A stretch of DNA of 64,000 nt. It comes from Saccostrea cucullata. Its lineage: Eukaryota. The first letter of the stretch is position 1; every line of letters begins with the position of its first letter. Shown here in pieces: positions 1 to 14,357 of this stretch. The DNA lies in assembly GCF_032062105.1 (NCBI RefSeq), contig NW_026929666.1, positions 248,001 through 312,000 on the forward strand, given 5' to 3'. A model generated the notes under the pieces. It was not told where the DNA came from. It searched no databases and saw only the letters and a program-made list of their open reading frames with translations. Position numbers and translations under genes: made by a program.

Positions 1-150
1 GAAAAGGAGCACACAGTGGGTATGACCGGTAGGCAGAGGATACTCACTCCCACCTCTGATGTTTTTGAGGTCCGTGTTTGCTCTGCTCCAATTTTGTACT
101 GTTTTATCGACTTTTGATTTTGCATACTGTTCGTTATATCCATATGTTTC
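1..150 (+). mobile_element. 3' end of Naiad-type Penelope-like retroelement (cut by window edge)
   Basis: Same 3' motif (ggagcacac..gggt.tgaccggt..cccacctctgatg..ggtccgtgtttgctctgctcc) that follows the RT remnant in the longer copies. Confidence 0.75.
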
Positions 151-359
151 ACTTAGAATCTACAGTTCTCAAGGAAGCTTTCGTAACCCTCTATACGTAA
201 ATGTAAGAAATCTGTCCAGTGGGTAGTACGAAATACCTTATTTTTGTGTGGTAAAAAGCTAAAGTTTTTTAGAAATTCAAAATATGTCTCTGATACTGCG
301 TGTTCTTTTAATGAAAAATAGAAAGAAAAAAAAATAAACAGTCCATTGAAACTATAGAA

Positions 360-790
360 ACTTGGAGCAAAACAAGCAATAAGATCTAAATACATCAGAG
401 GTGGGATTGGGTGCAATTGAGGATTAAACATTCCCTGTCATACGGTCACATGAACCATATGCTTTTTGTCATAAACAGTATCTGTGTACTGTCACCTTTG
501 AATTTGCAAATGTTGACTTTGAAAGAGACTTTTGATGGCTTGCCTCGTTTAAAAATTGTTCGTACATGGAGCTAGCTCTTATGCGTGGAAATAACATTGT
601 AGATAATACGTCGTCGATGTATCTAAATGTGTTAACTTTTTCCTTCCACGTCTTTAGAAAAACGTCTGCTTAAACGAAAACAATATGGCTGGTAACTATT
701 TGGAATTTCTGAAAGATTGTGGAAAACTTAATTGATCTTCAGAAACTGCAGATGTGTCTCAAAAGTGCAGATAATTTTTTTCCCTAAATA
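360..790 (-). mobile_element. Internally deleted Naiad-type PLE fragment
   Basis: Minus strand reads NTFRYIDDVLS (RT catalytic motif, ~600-635) fused to a YEQFL thumb remnant, then a degenerate 3' motif at 360-475. Confidence 0.65.
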
Positions 791-1469
791 TTTCATTGAA
801 AACAACATTTTTTAAATCACTGGTAAATGATTTATTTCTGTTCAATTCATTATTTATTTCAGTACTTTAACCAGAAAATGTGTAGTTATCTTTTTCTAAA
901 AGAACATTACTTATTCATTTTTTAGGAAAAAAGTAGCTTTTCATTCCATCAGTTCTAAAATTCAAGATCAATGACAATATAATTCAGTGTGCGTATGTCA
1001 CTTAAATTTTGATGTCAGACTTGAATAACAATAACTTTAAAATAACAAAACTGTTGTTTTTATCAAATAATCAACTGCTTGGAATATCAAGAAAGTTTGT
1101 GATTAAATCGGTCAAGAAATTTTGTCATGCCATTGATTTTACAAATATTCTGGCCCAGTAGTTTTTAAGAAAATAGGTGATTTCAAATTTTCTGAACGTT
1201 GCTTGGAGGGTTTTTAAAGGAAATCACAGCATATACATATACAGTGTACACTTCTTTAAACAGTGAAAAATAAGATTGCACTACCGGTAGTTCTGATTTC
1301 GAAGTACGGTACATGTCCTGCATTGCCGCTCAAGGGCCCATCCGCAAAACTGCTCACCAGCGTAACTACATGTATACTTTTTTCATAGCAGTTTCTTTTT
1401 CTTATATAATGCCAGGAAAATCTTGATTATGAATGGTAGCCCAAACCTCCGGGTTGTTATTTGAACAAA

Positions 1470-1970
1470 GAAGGATATTGAGATAACGAACAGTATTCAA
1501 TCTCGAAGTCCATAAAATAATACAAAACAAGAGCAGAGCAAACATAGACCTCCGAAACAGCAGAGGTGGGATCAAGTGCCACGGAGGAGTGAGCATCCCC
1601 TGCTGACCGGTCACACCCACCGTGTGCTCCTTGTCATGATCAGGAAATAACGGAAAAATCCGTCGTCAATTCAGTGTATAAATAATGGACTAACAATTGG
1701 TATAAAAAAACGTCAGTCAGCATTTGACTCAATGATAAATTATATTGGCTGACAAGGTCATTGTATCGACCATAGAACTTAGGAAATGGTGACTTTAAAC
1801 GAGACTGTTGATATTCTTGTTTCATCAACTTGCTTGTCAATAATTTACCTCGTTTTAGAAATTGTTCATACGTAGAGCATGCTCTTGCGTATCGAATCAA
1901 CAGAGATATATACACTCCATATGCAGGTGATAAAGGTATATTGCTGCATTAAGTAAGGGAAGTTGACAAA
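1470..1970 (-). mobile_element. Naiad-type PLE: RT C-terminal (thumb) region plus 3' motif
   Basis: ORF 1640-1915 reads YISLLIRYARACSTYEQFLKRGKLLTSKLMKQEYQQSRLKS..KFYGRYNDLV, characteristic of the RT C-terminus of N-terminal-EN PLEs; an intact 3' motif follows. Confidence 0.85.
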
Positions 1971-1989
1971 CCATCATTTAGTATACATG

Positions 1990-3090
1990 AAACATATGGA
2001 GATAACGAACAGTATTCCAGATCAATAAATTGTCCATAAAACAATACAAAATAGGAGCAGAGCAAAAACGATCTTCCAAAACATCAGAGGCAGGATCAGG
2101 TGCCATGGAGGAGTGAGCATCTTTCACTCATGATTTAAAAATCTAAATATTACATTTCGAAGCCCACATAAAAATGACTGATCATAACTTTGATGTTATT
2201 AAGGAGAGATTATTTTTAGATTTTCCTATGTATTTCCGCATAAAACTTTGATTGCCTGTTGTGGCGAAAAACCAAATCCACACAAGTCATGAGTTGCATA
2301 AACCTGAATGTACAATGCCTGTGGATGCTTACACATTGATACGTGTATATCTTATCATAATCTGAACTTACGAAATGCTGACTAAAAGGACACTGTTGAC
2401 ATTCTTGTTTCATCAACTTATTTGTCAGTAACACACTTCGTTTTGGAAAATTGTTCACACGTAAAGCATTCTTATGCGTACCGAATCAATTAAGAGATAT
2501 AAACTCTTTATGCAGGTGATACTGCTGCAAATGTAAGGTAAGTTGACTATTGAAATGTTATATCATCAGGTTTATTATAAAGGTTTGTAATTATATTTCT
2601 ATTTACGTCTTCTTAGTAAATGCCAAAAATGCAACATAAGTGTGCCAAACTCTGTAGTACCCTTATTTCAATCTTATTGGAATATATCGTGTCAAAATTT
2701 GATTTGAATAACTGTTGTTGACTGATTATAATTTATACGTCGCCGATATATCTAAATTCGAGTTGAAAGCCATAGCCTTTTTAAGATTTTGAAAAAATTC
2801 TGCTTAAAAATAGAAAAAATGCTTGCTAATTATATGTCGCAATTGGTACTCAAGGGAAATTCAATCAAATGTCAGAAGAGGCAGTCTGCAAAAAACACAT
2901 AGATATTGTCAATCAGAGACTCAGACACAATTTTAATATCAAGTTCAGAGTTCTTGTGTGTGCAATCAGAATGTTTTTTTTTTCACAGTTTGCAAATGAC
3001 CAATGAAAAGGTAGGTAAATTTACGAGTTTCATTTATATTGAATTATCTGTCGTCAATGATGTCAAAAGACAATTTTAAATCTGCACTTC
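1990..3090 (-). mobile_element. Degenerate Naiad-type PLE (RT core, thumb, 3' motif), interrupted at ~2123-2360
   Basis: Frameshifted remnants HSDCTHK.SELDIK, LIDNIYV, AFNS.FRYI.DV, LLTNKLMKQE; 3' motif at 1990-2122. Confidence 0.7.
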
Positions 3091-5019
3091 TTGGGATGCT
3101 TTCTTATAAATATGACTACCATTGCTTTTTGCTGTTCTTGAGAAAGATTTCACCTAGATTAATAACTTCTGAAAAAATAGTTTTTGATAATTTTTGTATT
3201 TTTTTTAGTATTTAAATTAGCTATTGAAATCCCATCCTACCCTCTTATAACATTATTTAAACAAATAAGAATCTCAAATACCTCAGAAGGATTTTTATAT
3301 ATATACAATATACTATATACAATGTATATTACATCTAACTTAATACAAAATTCCATATACCTTTTTACACATTGTGGCCATAAATTTAATAAATTAAATT
3401 GTCTTTTTTAACATTCTGCAATTTTACAGAAGTCGAAAATATTTGCTCAGTTAGCAGCTGTCTTTGAGGAAATAACTGGTACAACACTATAATCAACTCT
3501 GCAATAAGGTTTTCTTTTTCTATTGCATGTTAAAATCCGGGCCGTAGGCCGTAGCAACAGTTTTAAGTGGGAGAGGCAACCTTCTCTTACTGACATTACA
3601 GCACCGCCCTCCCCCCCCCAAAAAAATGCACCCAGCATCTAAATGAAAACTAATGTATACTTAAACTATAGCAAAGGGTTGTACTTAGAAAAATGTGGGT
3701 CTGGGGTACAGGGGCCAGTAACATTCTACATGTAGTATTTGATTTAACGTAATCGCAATATATCATATACAATTTCTTTTTTGTATATTAGTATATTGTA
3801 ATAATCTACAAATGTAGAATACAGTATGTTACCTGTCCCTGTGGGTGGGGGACTGTAAATGAATTATTTAATTTATAATCCTACAGCTGGAAATCAGGAT
3901 ATATTTGTATAGTTTTCAGCTTTTCCTTAAAAAGAAAAGTACTCCCAACAAAAGCAAAAGATACTTTTGGTATTTGTTTTCAAATTAGAATGCTTGTTCA
4001 GAGGGATCAAATTAAATATCATAAGAACAACTAAACAAACCATACTTTGACCATTTAAATATTTTAAGCGGGACTCCATTCATAGTTATAATCAAAGAAG
4101 ATGAAGGGTTAGTAGTTGCCTGCATTAAAAAAAAATCTTTAAAACGATTCTCAAGAAGTGTACCAAGTACAATAGACCTGTTGCAACCGAGTGGGAGTGG
4201 AGTCCACCTCGCAATAAAATAAGATAGAGAAAAAAATGACACAGCCTGTAATAGAAACCCTTTTTAATGAGGTTGTGGTGGTAAGACCTTTCCTTACTTG
4301 TTTTTTTCTTTCTTTCAAATTGCTAAGATTGGTCAGTATTTGCACTTAAAAGTAATAAGAATTTGGACAAATCAACATCTAAATGAAAACTTACATTATA
4401 TATTTACGCGAAAGATATAGTACAGAAAAAGTGGGAACGGTCATTTCAAATTCCCACTTTTTAAGGACGTGAAGAAAAACAATCGTTAATTCATTAAGAA
4501 ATATAAGCATTCAAATTTGGTCTTAACAAACGGTTGAGAAAGAACTACTTATAGTATAAGGTTGCAATTATCAATATCAATGCAAGGACAATTCATTTGA
4601 GTAATGTGTATCATTGGCATCCCGTTGCCATAGAAACAGAATAGTCTCTAGAAATGGGCATTATTCATTGATGTCTGAGAGATTAATTGAAACTTCAAAG
4701 ATTTTTCTTTCAGTCAATATATTCTACAAAGGCTATTATGAAGGTTCTTTTCATATAGAATACTTCATGTTTTGTGTAACAGCAATTACATATCAGATAA
4801 AGTAATAAGTATGCTTAGTTTGGCAACATTTATTAAATTAATACATTATCTGACAATAGATAGACATGGATTTTACATTATCACATATACAAAAGTATAC
4901 ATTTATATAAAAACGCTTATTTAAAAGAGAAAAAAAATGTTTGCAAGAGTTATATCTGCTGCATTTAAGTATTTCTACTTGAATTCTACAATAATTTTTA
5001 AAAAATATTGCATTTTAAC

Positions 5020-5790
5020 ATATGTGTAATCATAAGAGCCCCCTCTTAACTCCAGATCCCTGATCCAGGAGCGATGAAATTGACAGTTTTTGAAGAGGCA
5101 CACTAACTCATTATAAATACGCATTCAGTTTGTTTGCTCAATACCCAGGGTCAGAAAATGTTTTAAAAGATATTATGGAATTTCTCTATATACATGAACT
5201 AGTACTTAACAGAGCCCTAGAACCTTATGCCCTGATCTATGGGCCATGAATTTCACAATTCGGAAAAAGCATCTTCCTCATAATAAATATGCATCTAGTT
5301 TATTTACTAAATATCCTGGAGCAGAGATTTTTATTTAAGAAATATTGCATTATCACTATCATTTAACAAAGTTCCGCCGTAGCACCAGAACCCCTGACCC
5401 AGGGACCATGAATTACAAAATTTTCAAACCTTCAAAACTGCCCTGGAGGCCATGAATTTCGAAATTTATGTAGAAGACTCATTGCTTATTACAATCATGC
5501 CTGCAGCTGGACTGCTGATGTCATGGAGTAAAAACGATTTTTAAAGATGCATTGATAATGATGATTTAAGCCCTGACCCTTGGGCCCCAGTTGGTAGGGG
5601 ACATGAATTTCACAATTTTTACCCCCCTATATTCACAGATGCAATAGGCTAAAATTGGTGGATATGGGTTCGGTGGTTCCAGAAAAGAAGCTGGAAATCT
5701 TCAAATAATAACGCAAGACGGACGACGCACGCCCACAGACGAAAACAGATAGCAATATCTCACCTGAATAAACTCGTGTGACTTAAAAAG
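5020..5790 (+). mobile_element. Helentron-associated non-autonomous element (HINE-like) with ~165-170 bp internal tandem repeats
   Basis: Motif ccctga.cc..ggg.catgaattt.acaatt recurs at ~5057, 5230 and 5391, with further variants. Ends in gacggacgacg microsatellite plus terminal hairpin tcacctga...gtgtgacttaaaaa. Confidence 0.7.
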
Positions 5791-6011
5791 GTCAAATACC
5801 CTCAGGGTAATTTGAGTTAATCAAGCTATGGACAATGTGCGCAAAAACTAAAACTGAGAATTATCAATAATTTACGAATTTAGACATATTTGCCAAATTC
5901 TAAAATTTCAGATAATCAGCACTAACTCAATGATTACATGTACTTAAAAATGCCATACATCAATTAAACAAAAGAAATAGTGAACAGGACACAGTCGCCA
6001 ACCCCTGGTGT

Positions 6012-6084
6012 GGAAACATCAGAGGTGGGATCAGGTGCCTTGTGGAATTAAATAGCCCCTCTTGAACGGTCACATACGCCGTGA
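6012..6084 (-). mobile_element. Naiad-type PLE 3' motif fragment
   Basis: aacatcagaggtgggatcaggtgcc...cggtcaca..cgccgtg is the reverse complement of the shared motif. Confidence 0.65.
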
Positions 6085-6684
6085 AAGCGCGGTATTGATT
6101 AGGTAGAATGTGTATTTAGATCTCGTATAAAAGCAATGTCCTCATAATATAATATAATATAATATAATCAAGCTTAATTACTGTCATCTAGTTTGCTTGT
6201 TTATCATACAGGATTAAATAGTTTTCAAAGGTACATAGTGTAATAAATTTTCAATATATGAGCAATTAACTTCTACCTTTTGGCCTGAACACAGACCATA
6301 CACATGAAAAGGGTCATAATTCTGTAATTTATGGAGAGAGTAAATTATCATTCTAATCAGACAAGCAACTATCCTGGTAGTTGACCAAGAGTACAGAAGG
6401 TTATCTAAAAATAAATAAATATCTTTTCAATAAATGACCAATGAATGAGACAGATTATACATAAACCAGAAGCTACTTATTCTACAATTCTCGTTTTTGA
6501 TACAGGGTAAACAAAACCATAGAATAGTGAGTGTGCAAACAGATTCCCTGCTAGATTTTAGTTGATAAGAAAGATTTTTCTAAAGAGCAATGAATTTAAT
6601 ATTTATATTAGCCCAACCAACCACGGGGCTTGAACCTTTGAGTCTTGAGTGGGGATGGATTTTATAAGTTTGATAAGTGTTAAG

Positions 6685-7245
6685 GATACTTCCTACTGCA
6701 TGGCATCTGATCCCACGTCTGATGTTTTTTAAAGGCCCCCGTTTGTTTTTCTCTTTATTTCTTTTGTTTCAATAGACTTTAAAGCTTGATTACTTTTCCA
6801 TTGTCTCCATATTTTATAAAACTAGTGAAGATTTAAGCACTCATTCATTATAATTTTTTGGTCTGCCGTATGAACCTGAGGAAAGAAGATTTTTACAGCT
6901 AGGCGCAATGCTTTTATTTCTTTATTTCATAAGCTTGTCCCGATTCTTAGTCCGTGAATTGTGAACTACTAAATGATTGTAAATAGTTTTATACTCAAAC
7001 TCATTGTAATTATGTCCATGATTTCGTTTGCGTTTTTTTTTTCTTTTTTTATATCGATTTTCTGTTATTTCCCGATCATGACAAGGAGCAAACGACGGGT
7101 GTGACCGGTTTGCAAGGGATGCTCGCTCTTCTATGGCATCTAATCCCACCTCTGATATTTTGGAGGTCCGTGTTTGTACTGCTCCTATTTTGTATTGTTA
7201 TATGGACTTTTGAGCTTGAATACTGTTCATTATCCATAAAAATTT
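6685..7245 (+). mobile_element. Two Naiad-type PLE 3' motif copies (6685-6812 and 7055-7245)
   Basis: Both carry atggcatct.atcccac.tctgat..ttt..agg.cc; the second copy is complete from atcatgacaaggagca. Confidence 0.65.
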
Positions 7246-7399
7246 CATTTAAAAGATTTTGAAAGTAGAATTTCTTTTATTTTTCTTATTTTATATTTGA
7301 TCAACTTAGTCCCATTCTGAAAGCTGTACAAAGGACTACGAGCCAAAAATTATAATTCTGGTAAAGGTTTGAGTACTAATTCTAAACACACGAATAGTT

Positions 7400-7872
7400 T
7401 CCTGCAATATGTTCTTGGGTAAAGAAGACTTTCAAAGGAATTTTCAATATCTGACCATCCTACTTCAACTCATGGTTCTAATCCCTACCCCAGTTAAAGT
7501 GTCATGAAATTTGTATGTTATTCAAGGAGTAAAGTTCTTCATTAAATGAATGATCAAACAAACAACTTTCCTCTTAAACTTTTCCAAGTAAAGTTTTTTT
7601 TTCTTAAATAGCATGAATTTTCCTGGCTTTGGTCCCAATTCTTAAGTCTAAGGGGACCATCAATACGAAATCACAACATTGTTTTTCTTTGACCATAAAT
7701 ACTACATACATACTGAAATACTACATGTACATACTGAGTGAGACGGTCTAGTAATTTCAGAGAAAAGGCTTGAATGCGTAAAAAGTTTATACACAGTGCC
7801 TGACAGCAGAACATTTGACAATGGACGAAAACAGATAGCAAATGGTCATCAAAGTTTGTCAGGTGACCAAAG
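7400..7872 (+). mobile_element. Degenerate Helentron/HINE-like 3' part
   Basis: ggacgaaaacagatagcaa..ggtca...caggtgacc terminus is shared with the 5020-5790 element; the left boundary is approximate. Confidence 0.45.
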
Positions 7873-8109
7873 CACGAAAGTGTATTTTGGGATTGTACAT
7901 GTAGCTCTGTAATTGAATTTTTCGCACTCAAAGAAGACCTTTTGTTATAATCAGCTTTTTATCACATTTTTTATTCAAGATCTCAAAAAGTGGTAGTACT
8001 TTAAAGAATCTTTGAGATCTTTTTGCAGGTTTTCTCACGCGAAAAACTAATAAATATAATAAGATACATGTACTTCATTTGACCTACATCCTTGTGCACC
8101 ACGTTTTGT

Positions 8110-8485
8110 TTTTTAAACGAGGTACTAGTAAGTTATAGTCAAACAAGAAGCCGAAACAATATCAGCAGTCTCGTTTAAAGTCATCAATTCTTCAGTTCTT
8201 CAGTGTTTGGTCGATACAATGACCTTGTCAGCAAATACAGTTTATCATTAAGTCAAATGCTGACTGACATTTTACATACTTATAGTTAGACCATAGCATA
8301 AAAACTGAATTGTAGACGGATTTCTCCGTTATTTCCTGATCATGACAAGAAGGGTGTGACCGGTCGGCAAGGGATGCAGCACCTGATCCCACCTCTGATG
8401 TTTTGGAGGTCCGTGTTTGCTCTGTTCCTACTTTGTATTGTTTTGTAAACTTTTCTTACTTGAATGCAATGTTATCCTCATGTAT
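8110..8485 (+). mobile_element. Naiad-type PLE thumb remnant plus 3' motif
   Basis: tatcagcagtctcgtttaaagtcatca (YQQSRLKSS) and ggtcgatacaatgaccttgtcagc (GRYNDLVS), then the 3' motif. Confidence 0.75.
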
Positions 8486-11400
8486 TTCAATCCAAAAATT
8501 AAGAGGTTTTTTTTGGTGCAGGTTTTTATACATTACATTTATTTTTAGATATCTATCGAAATTGTTTTTAAATACACGGATTTTGTATTCTAATAAATGA
8601 ATACAAATGGACATTTTGAAAGAATTTTACAAAATTCTTCCTTATTTAGAAACAGAAGAAACAATACTATATATAAAAAGAAATCAAAACTTGTTTACAT
8701 AGACTGTGTTATGCAAATCATTTAGATGTTTTTAAAGACAAAAAATACATGTAATATTAAATGAGTTTTGAAGTTACAACATGTGAATATATATATATTT
8801 TCATTTCAACCTCATGATTATCACTTAGATTTTAAAATTATCCTTTTTTAAATCCTTTCAAGGAGCAGTGATAATTGAATATTCTATATAATCATGAAAA
8901 AAAGCAAACACTTGTTGAAAACTGTAAGTATTCTGTCGAAAATTCAAAATCAAACATATAACTTCAGCAATTTCTTAAATGAAAAGTCCTTCTTCAAGGA
9001 TAATATTTGGCTGATTTTGGAGTTCTTGGCAATACAAGGGCATATTATAAAATCATTTAGGATTCAATGCAGTTTGTTTATAGATTCAAAACACAGACTG
9101 AATCAAGTTCAGCTGAACCTATCAGCAAATTTGTTTTTCTTTCAAATACAAAATAGTCAACGAGAAAAAATCTGTCATTTCTGACAAAACTCGTTTCCAT
9201 TATTCAAGAAAAACATATGAAACTGCATACTTCTTTGAAGGTCATCATGAGTTGTTCAAACAGAAGGATAACAAGTTTCGTAATCACTGAAAAAAGAGAA
9301 GAGGAAGAAGACTGATCATTTTTGCAGTTAAACATTATTTAAATGCAAGTGTTTTTTCTTCTTTTTTTTTCTTTTTTTTTTATTTACACTCTGGTAGCTT
9401 TCCTGTTCTATTTTTTTATATTCAACATAAGGAAAACAGTTTGCCTCCATTGTTGTGACTAGATTGATATATTTATCCAAGTTATTGATTCTCGTCTCTG
9501 GTCTCCATGCTTTTAGTCAATCTTTGACTATATATATGAATCTTTTTCCCATCTAGTACCTTCAAATTAATGGATTTTATTTTTACTCTTATTAAGTTAT
9601 TATACATTCGAAACAAAGGCCACTTATCTTTTGTGGATATTTTCGTTTAGTTTTATCAAACATAACTTCTTTTAGTTTACATTTTTTTTTACACATTTTT
9701 ATGTACACAAAACGAAACATAATTTTAAGTAATAATTTTAAATAACACAAATCAAATGTAATATATACTGGAGACGAAAACAATTACACATTTATTTTCA
9801 TGTTTAATGATGCAAAGACACAAAAAATTATAGATTTATAAAGAATAGTACTTGTGTTATACATGTACATATGTAGCATTCTTTTTATATTCTAAGTGAG
9901 AAAAAATATTTAAGATTAATAGCAAGATAACACTACTTTTAAATACAATGATCACTGATTTTTATATCAGTAACTTTTACCTCTGAAATCGACGAATACG
10001 TAAACTTGAAATCGAGATAGAATCACATGACAAGGAAACTTACGTACTGAAAAAAATAATGATTTATATTAACATTTCTTTCATTTTGATTAATAATTAA
10101 TTTTCCTTGCGTTATCCACACCAAGAAAGTTCATATACTAATGAGCATTATTGCAAACGTTGAACCATTTTACTGGCTTTTCATTAATTTCAAAGTGTCA
10201 CAAATCGATGCAGAATTTTTCCAGAAGTTAGGATAAAATACGCTTCAATATGCTATTATTTAATAATGTAATGAAGAATTTAAACTGGCCGACAATTATA
10301 TTAAGTTTGTCCCCAATTTTCATTGTCATCTCACACATTTACATTATTTATGCATGAGTAGCATACATTACCTAAAAAATAAACTCACAAATATAAATTA
10401 TTCAAACACAAAATTACATACATGTACCATTAGTACGGTACATACCTTGGCTGTAATATTGCATAACAGATGCTGGAAAACGTTGCATTGGATGATTCCC
10501 GCCCGTGCAGCAAAGCTCTAATGTGCATAATTTGGTTTTTATATTTCCTCGCTTTTAAGGAAATGTTCCATGGGCGCTAATGCCAGAGTACAACGCAAGT
10601 CGTTCGTGGTCTTATAGGATAATAAAAATTAACTGCATTGTTCGAAGATTAAGAGACGTTGAATATTATCGTGGTGTAGCAGCAAGGTTTTCCAGACTGG
10701 ATATATTATGTAAAACAGAGTACATATGGACTGAAGGACGCTGACCGGACTCTAGTGTAACCTTTGTTGTCTAATGAAATCAATTGTAATATCTCAGACC
10801 CCAATGGTGTGCATAAATTCGAAGAAAATGAAGTTTTTAATTTTCTATGTAAAGAGTTTTTGCGCTGTTAATTATGGCTGTTTCTGCTTTCAGCTAAAGG
10901 AAGCAGACGTCAAGATCTTAGTTCCCGCCCTTGCAGCGTATTAATTTTGATTGAACTCTGGAGTAAAGATATCGAAGCAGACGATGTATCAGAGAAGGTG
11001 AAATCAGGTTCATGGAAAAACCACGTGCTCACGTGGGGGGTCAAAGTGACACAGAGTGACCGATGTTGCTTTTGTGCAAAGGCAAACACTGCAGCAAAAG
11101 TTTCAGGGGTCTGAATAATGAGGGAATAAGATGCACGACCGGGCTACTATCCGAGTTGTCCCTAGCGAAAGGTTATACATTAGAACCCGGTCAAGGGGGA
11201 AATTTAAAGAGGAAATCTAAAGCGATAATTACTGTTATTAATTTGAAAAATGCTAGCACGAAAGAAAAACTAATTGCTTGGGCATCTCAATTATAACCAA
11301 CAAATCCGAAAAGCCATTATAATGAAAAAAAGAAGAAAAACTTTTCAAAATCATTCAAAGCTATTTTTTCTCCACTCTTACAATAATGCTAACTCTAAAA

Positions 11401-13576
11401 CTTCAAAAATTTAATTTAGTTTTCTAACTTTAAACCTCCTATCCCGAATCTGTATCTTCTTCAATTAAAAAAAAACTTCAAATACATGTATCTCTGTATC
11501 TCTCTTTTTACATGTATATTCATGCTAAACAAGGAAAGAGAAAAGCAAAAAAAAAAAATTCAGAAAATATAAAATAAGATCAGCATTGGTATTAAATAAA
11601 TGTGAAAGTTTACTCGGTTGAATTATATTAAGAAATGAAAGTTGAAAAAAGTATTTTATCAAATAATTTTGTAAAAGTTGAACTCATTCAATCATTAGTT
11701 GTATCAAGAATCTTTCTGTATAGGGCATCGGATAAAATAAATGCAGAACTCGTGTAAATTATCATTAGTGCAAATAAGACTCCAGTGAAAGGTAATCATC
11801 GGTCGCCTGACCCAGCGGCCGATCTGTTTGGTTTCATTGGCTGCGGTGATATTTTCAGTCACGCGCACTTGTCAAAGATGGTGTTTTTCGGCCTTGATTG
11901 AACAGCCTACAAGACAGCCAATAATATTTTTGGAAACATGTGTCTTTAGGTGGTCCGATATTTGAACCAGCTTCTATGTTATCTCGAGCCGTTTAACATG
12001 TTTAATCTCCTACGAGAGGACATTTATGTATAGATCCTTGATATTTCCGATTCTACAAAAAAAATAATGTTTGAAACGGGAAAGTGATTTTATTCCACAA
12101 AATGCACGCACATTTTCTGGAACAAAATGATACGGCAAATTTGCTTATAAAACTTTACAGATTTGTAAATGGTCTTGGAGATGAAACAAACACTTTAAGA
12201 GCATAATTATTTACTTAAAAATTAAAATTTATATAATAATCCTCAAAAAGTTATTACTGTTAGTATTTCATCTGCACCTCCTGGCATTACGTAAATTTAA
12301 ATTGTTAAAAAAATTCTCAAACTGCACAACACACACTCAATTTTAATATTTACATGTATTTTCTCTCTCTCTTCGTGTTTCATCCTTTAAAAAATAATAT
12401 GTTTTTTCTTCATTTTTGTAACTATATTCAAAATTTCAAATATATCAAGATATTATCATTTATTTTTGCGCTTGTGTAATAAAGATATATTTGAAATAGA
12501 ATACCACAATAATTATATACATTATATCACTTTTCCAATATTTTTCACATGTTATTTATGTACTTTTACTTTGTGAGAATATTTATAGTTCTATATCCCT
12601 AAAATTCATATCGCAATATTTTTTTAATTTAATTCTAATTTCAGTGTAAAAAAAATAATGTAACAGACAATAAAATAGAGAGCTTGAAAAAAATTATACC
12701 CGACAAATTGTTTTGGATTCAATAACATTTTTTTTTCAATCATTATTTTAAAAAATACGAGGAATTCTCTTTTTGAAAATATTCACTTAAAATATTTATT
12801 TATTTTTTTTTTTGAAGTGTTGTAAAGCAAGAGTTTGAAATGAATCACTGAATTCGTTTTAAAGTAGACATTACAAATTGTTTTGAGATATATATATTTG
12901 TAATTGGATTAATTTAAGAGGGAGCACCAGAACACCCACGCCTCTCGATAATTCAAATCCGCCACCGCTTTGACGTCCAATGCTACACAGTATGAAACAG
13001 GTAAATGACCTCAATAGTCCGAGTCATTCCCATGTAAGAAATTGTCCTTCTAAATCAGGGCAGTACATTGAGACGCCTCTGTGACCCACACTCAGGCTAG
13101 ACCGCCCAGCGCGAAACAGAATGACCCCGAAACTCGCCTCCACCACCCCAAAGGAAGATCAACCACAGTCCGCGGACATTAATTATCACGTTACTACTCC
13201 AACTAAAATTTTCAATTTTTTTCTTACTTGTCACTAAGTCAATAATCTGATAAACGTCCTTTCATTATCACCTCCGCAATTGACTTCTGTGATTTGTTAT
13301 TTTTAAATTTTTAATATCCGATTAATTCCCAGCTCCACAATCTTCTTATGTGTATTTAGGATTATAAAATACTCAGTGAAGTTACCTTGCGATAGGTTGT
13401 ATCGAATTATAGAAAAGTAAACAAACACTGACTACTTGTTAAATGGTTAGGCCGATGTTAGTAAATAAATCAGATCAAAACTAATATTGTGATATATTTA
13501 GAACAAGGTAGGCTAGTTGTGTACTACTAAAAATTGTAATTTTACGTAGCGATAAAGAATTTTTAAAAATCGTTCG

Positions 13577-13578
<2 letters not shown>

Positions 13579-13636
<58 letters not shown>

Positions 13637-13638
13637 TC
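13579..13638. repeat. (CT)n microsatellite
   Basis: About 30 CT units with one interruption. Confidence 0.95.
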
Positions 13639-14312
13639 ATTTCCCCTGAGAGTAATGTTACTGGCACTTGTCCTGTTCATTACATAGTGACCCCAATCTT
13701 GTCCAGGGTCAGTTTATGGACAGCTATTGATTTTTTCTCAGCTGTCTTTATGGAAGTGTTATTTTATTACGTAACACACACACCACTCGCACCTGTAACT
13801 GTACTTCCATCTTAATGTTTACTAAGGTTTCCATGGCAAAAATATTACTTTCAGGTATTGAAAAAAATTCTTCACCTGTAAAATTTCACACACCTTATTT
13901 TAATAAATATACGATTTGCAGTTGCATTCTGTGACACACAAAAATTTGGTTTATAAATATACAAAAGGACAAAAACACAAAATACTACGCACATGACTAC
14001 CAAAAATATTTGGTGCGCAATAGCTACCCAAATGATGCAAAAAGACTATATACTCAGATATTACGTATATTACTTCCAGGAAGTAAAAAAATTCCCTACC
14101 TGACATATTTTTAAGAATTTAATCCTCCGAGTGAATAAAATAATCCATTCACAAACCTCATCTCAACTGTGATAAACAATAAACTAGCACACTATACCTC
14201 ACATGTTATAACTCCGCTCTATATCCATACACACGGCCGTACTAGAAGTGTATAATTAAAAGTTACCGGACTGGTCAAGTTATCAATTTGTAGTAATCCG
14301 CAAATAGCGCCG

Positions 14313-14357
14313 AGGTCAGATTATTGCGCAACAATGTCAGGTAAAAGGTCATGACCT
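14313..14357. promoter_or_regulatory. Candidate composite nuclear-receptor and C/EBP element
   Basis: AGGTCA 14313-14318; ATTGCGCAAC 14323-14332; AGGTAA-A-AGGTCA (DR1-like) 14339-14351 overlapping the perfect palindrome AGGTCATGACCT 14346-14357. Motif match only. Confidence 0.35.

Noticed and set aside
8894-9184. 96-aa ORF and the many other short AT-rich ORFs
   Set aside because: No recognisable motifs or splice-consistent partners; composition typical of non-coding AT-rich DNA.
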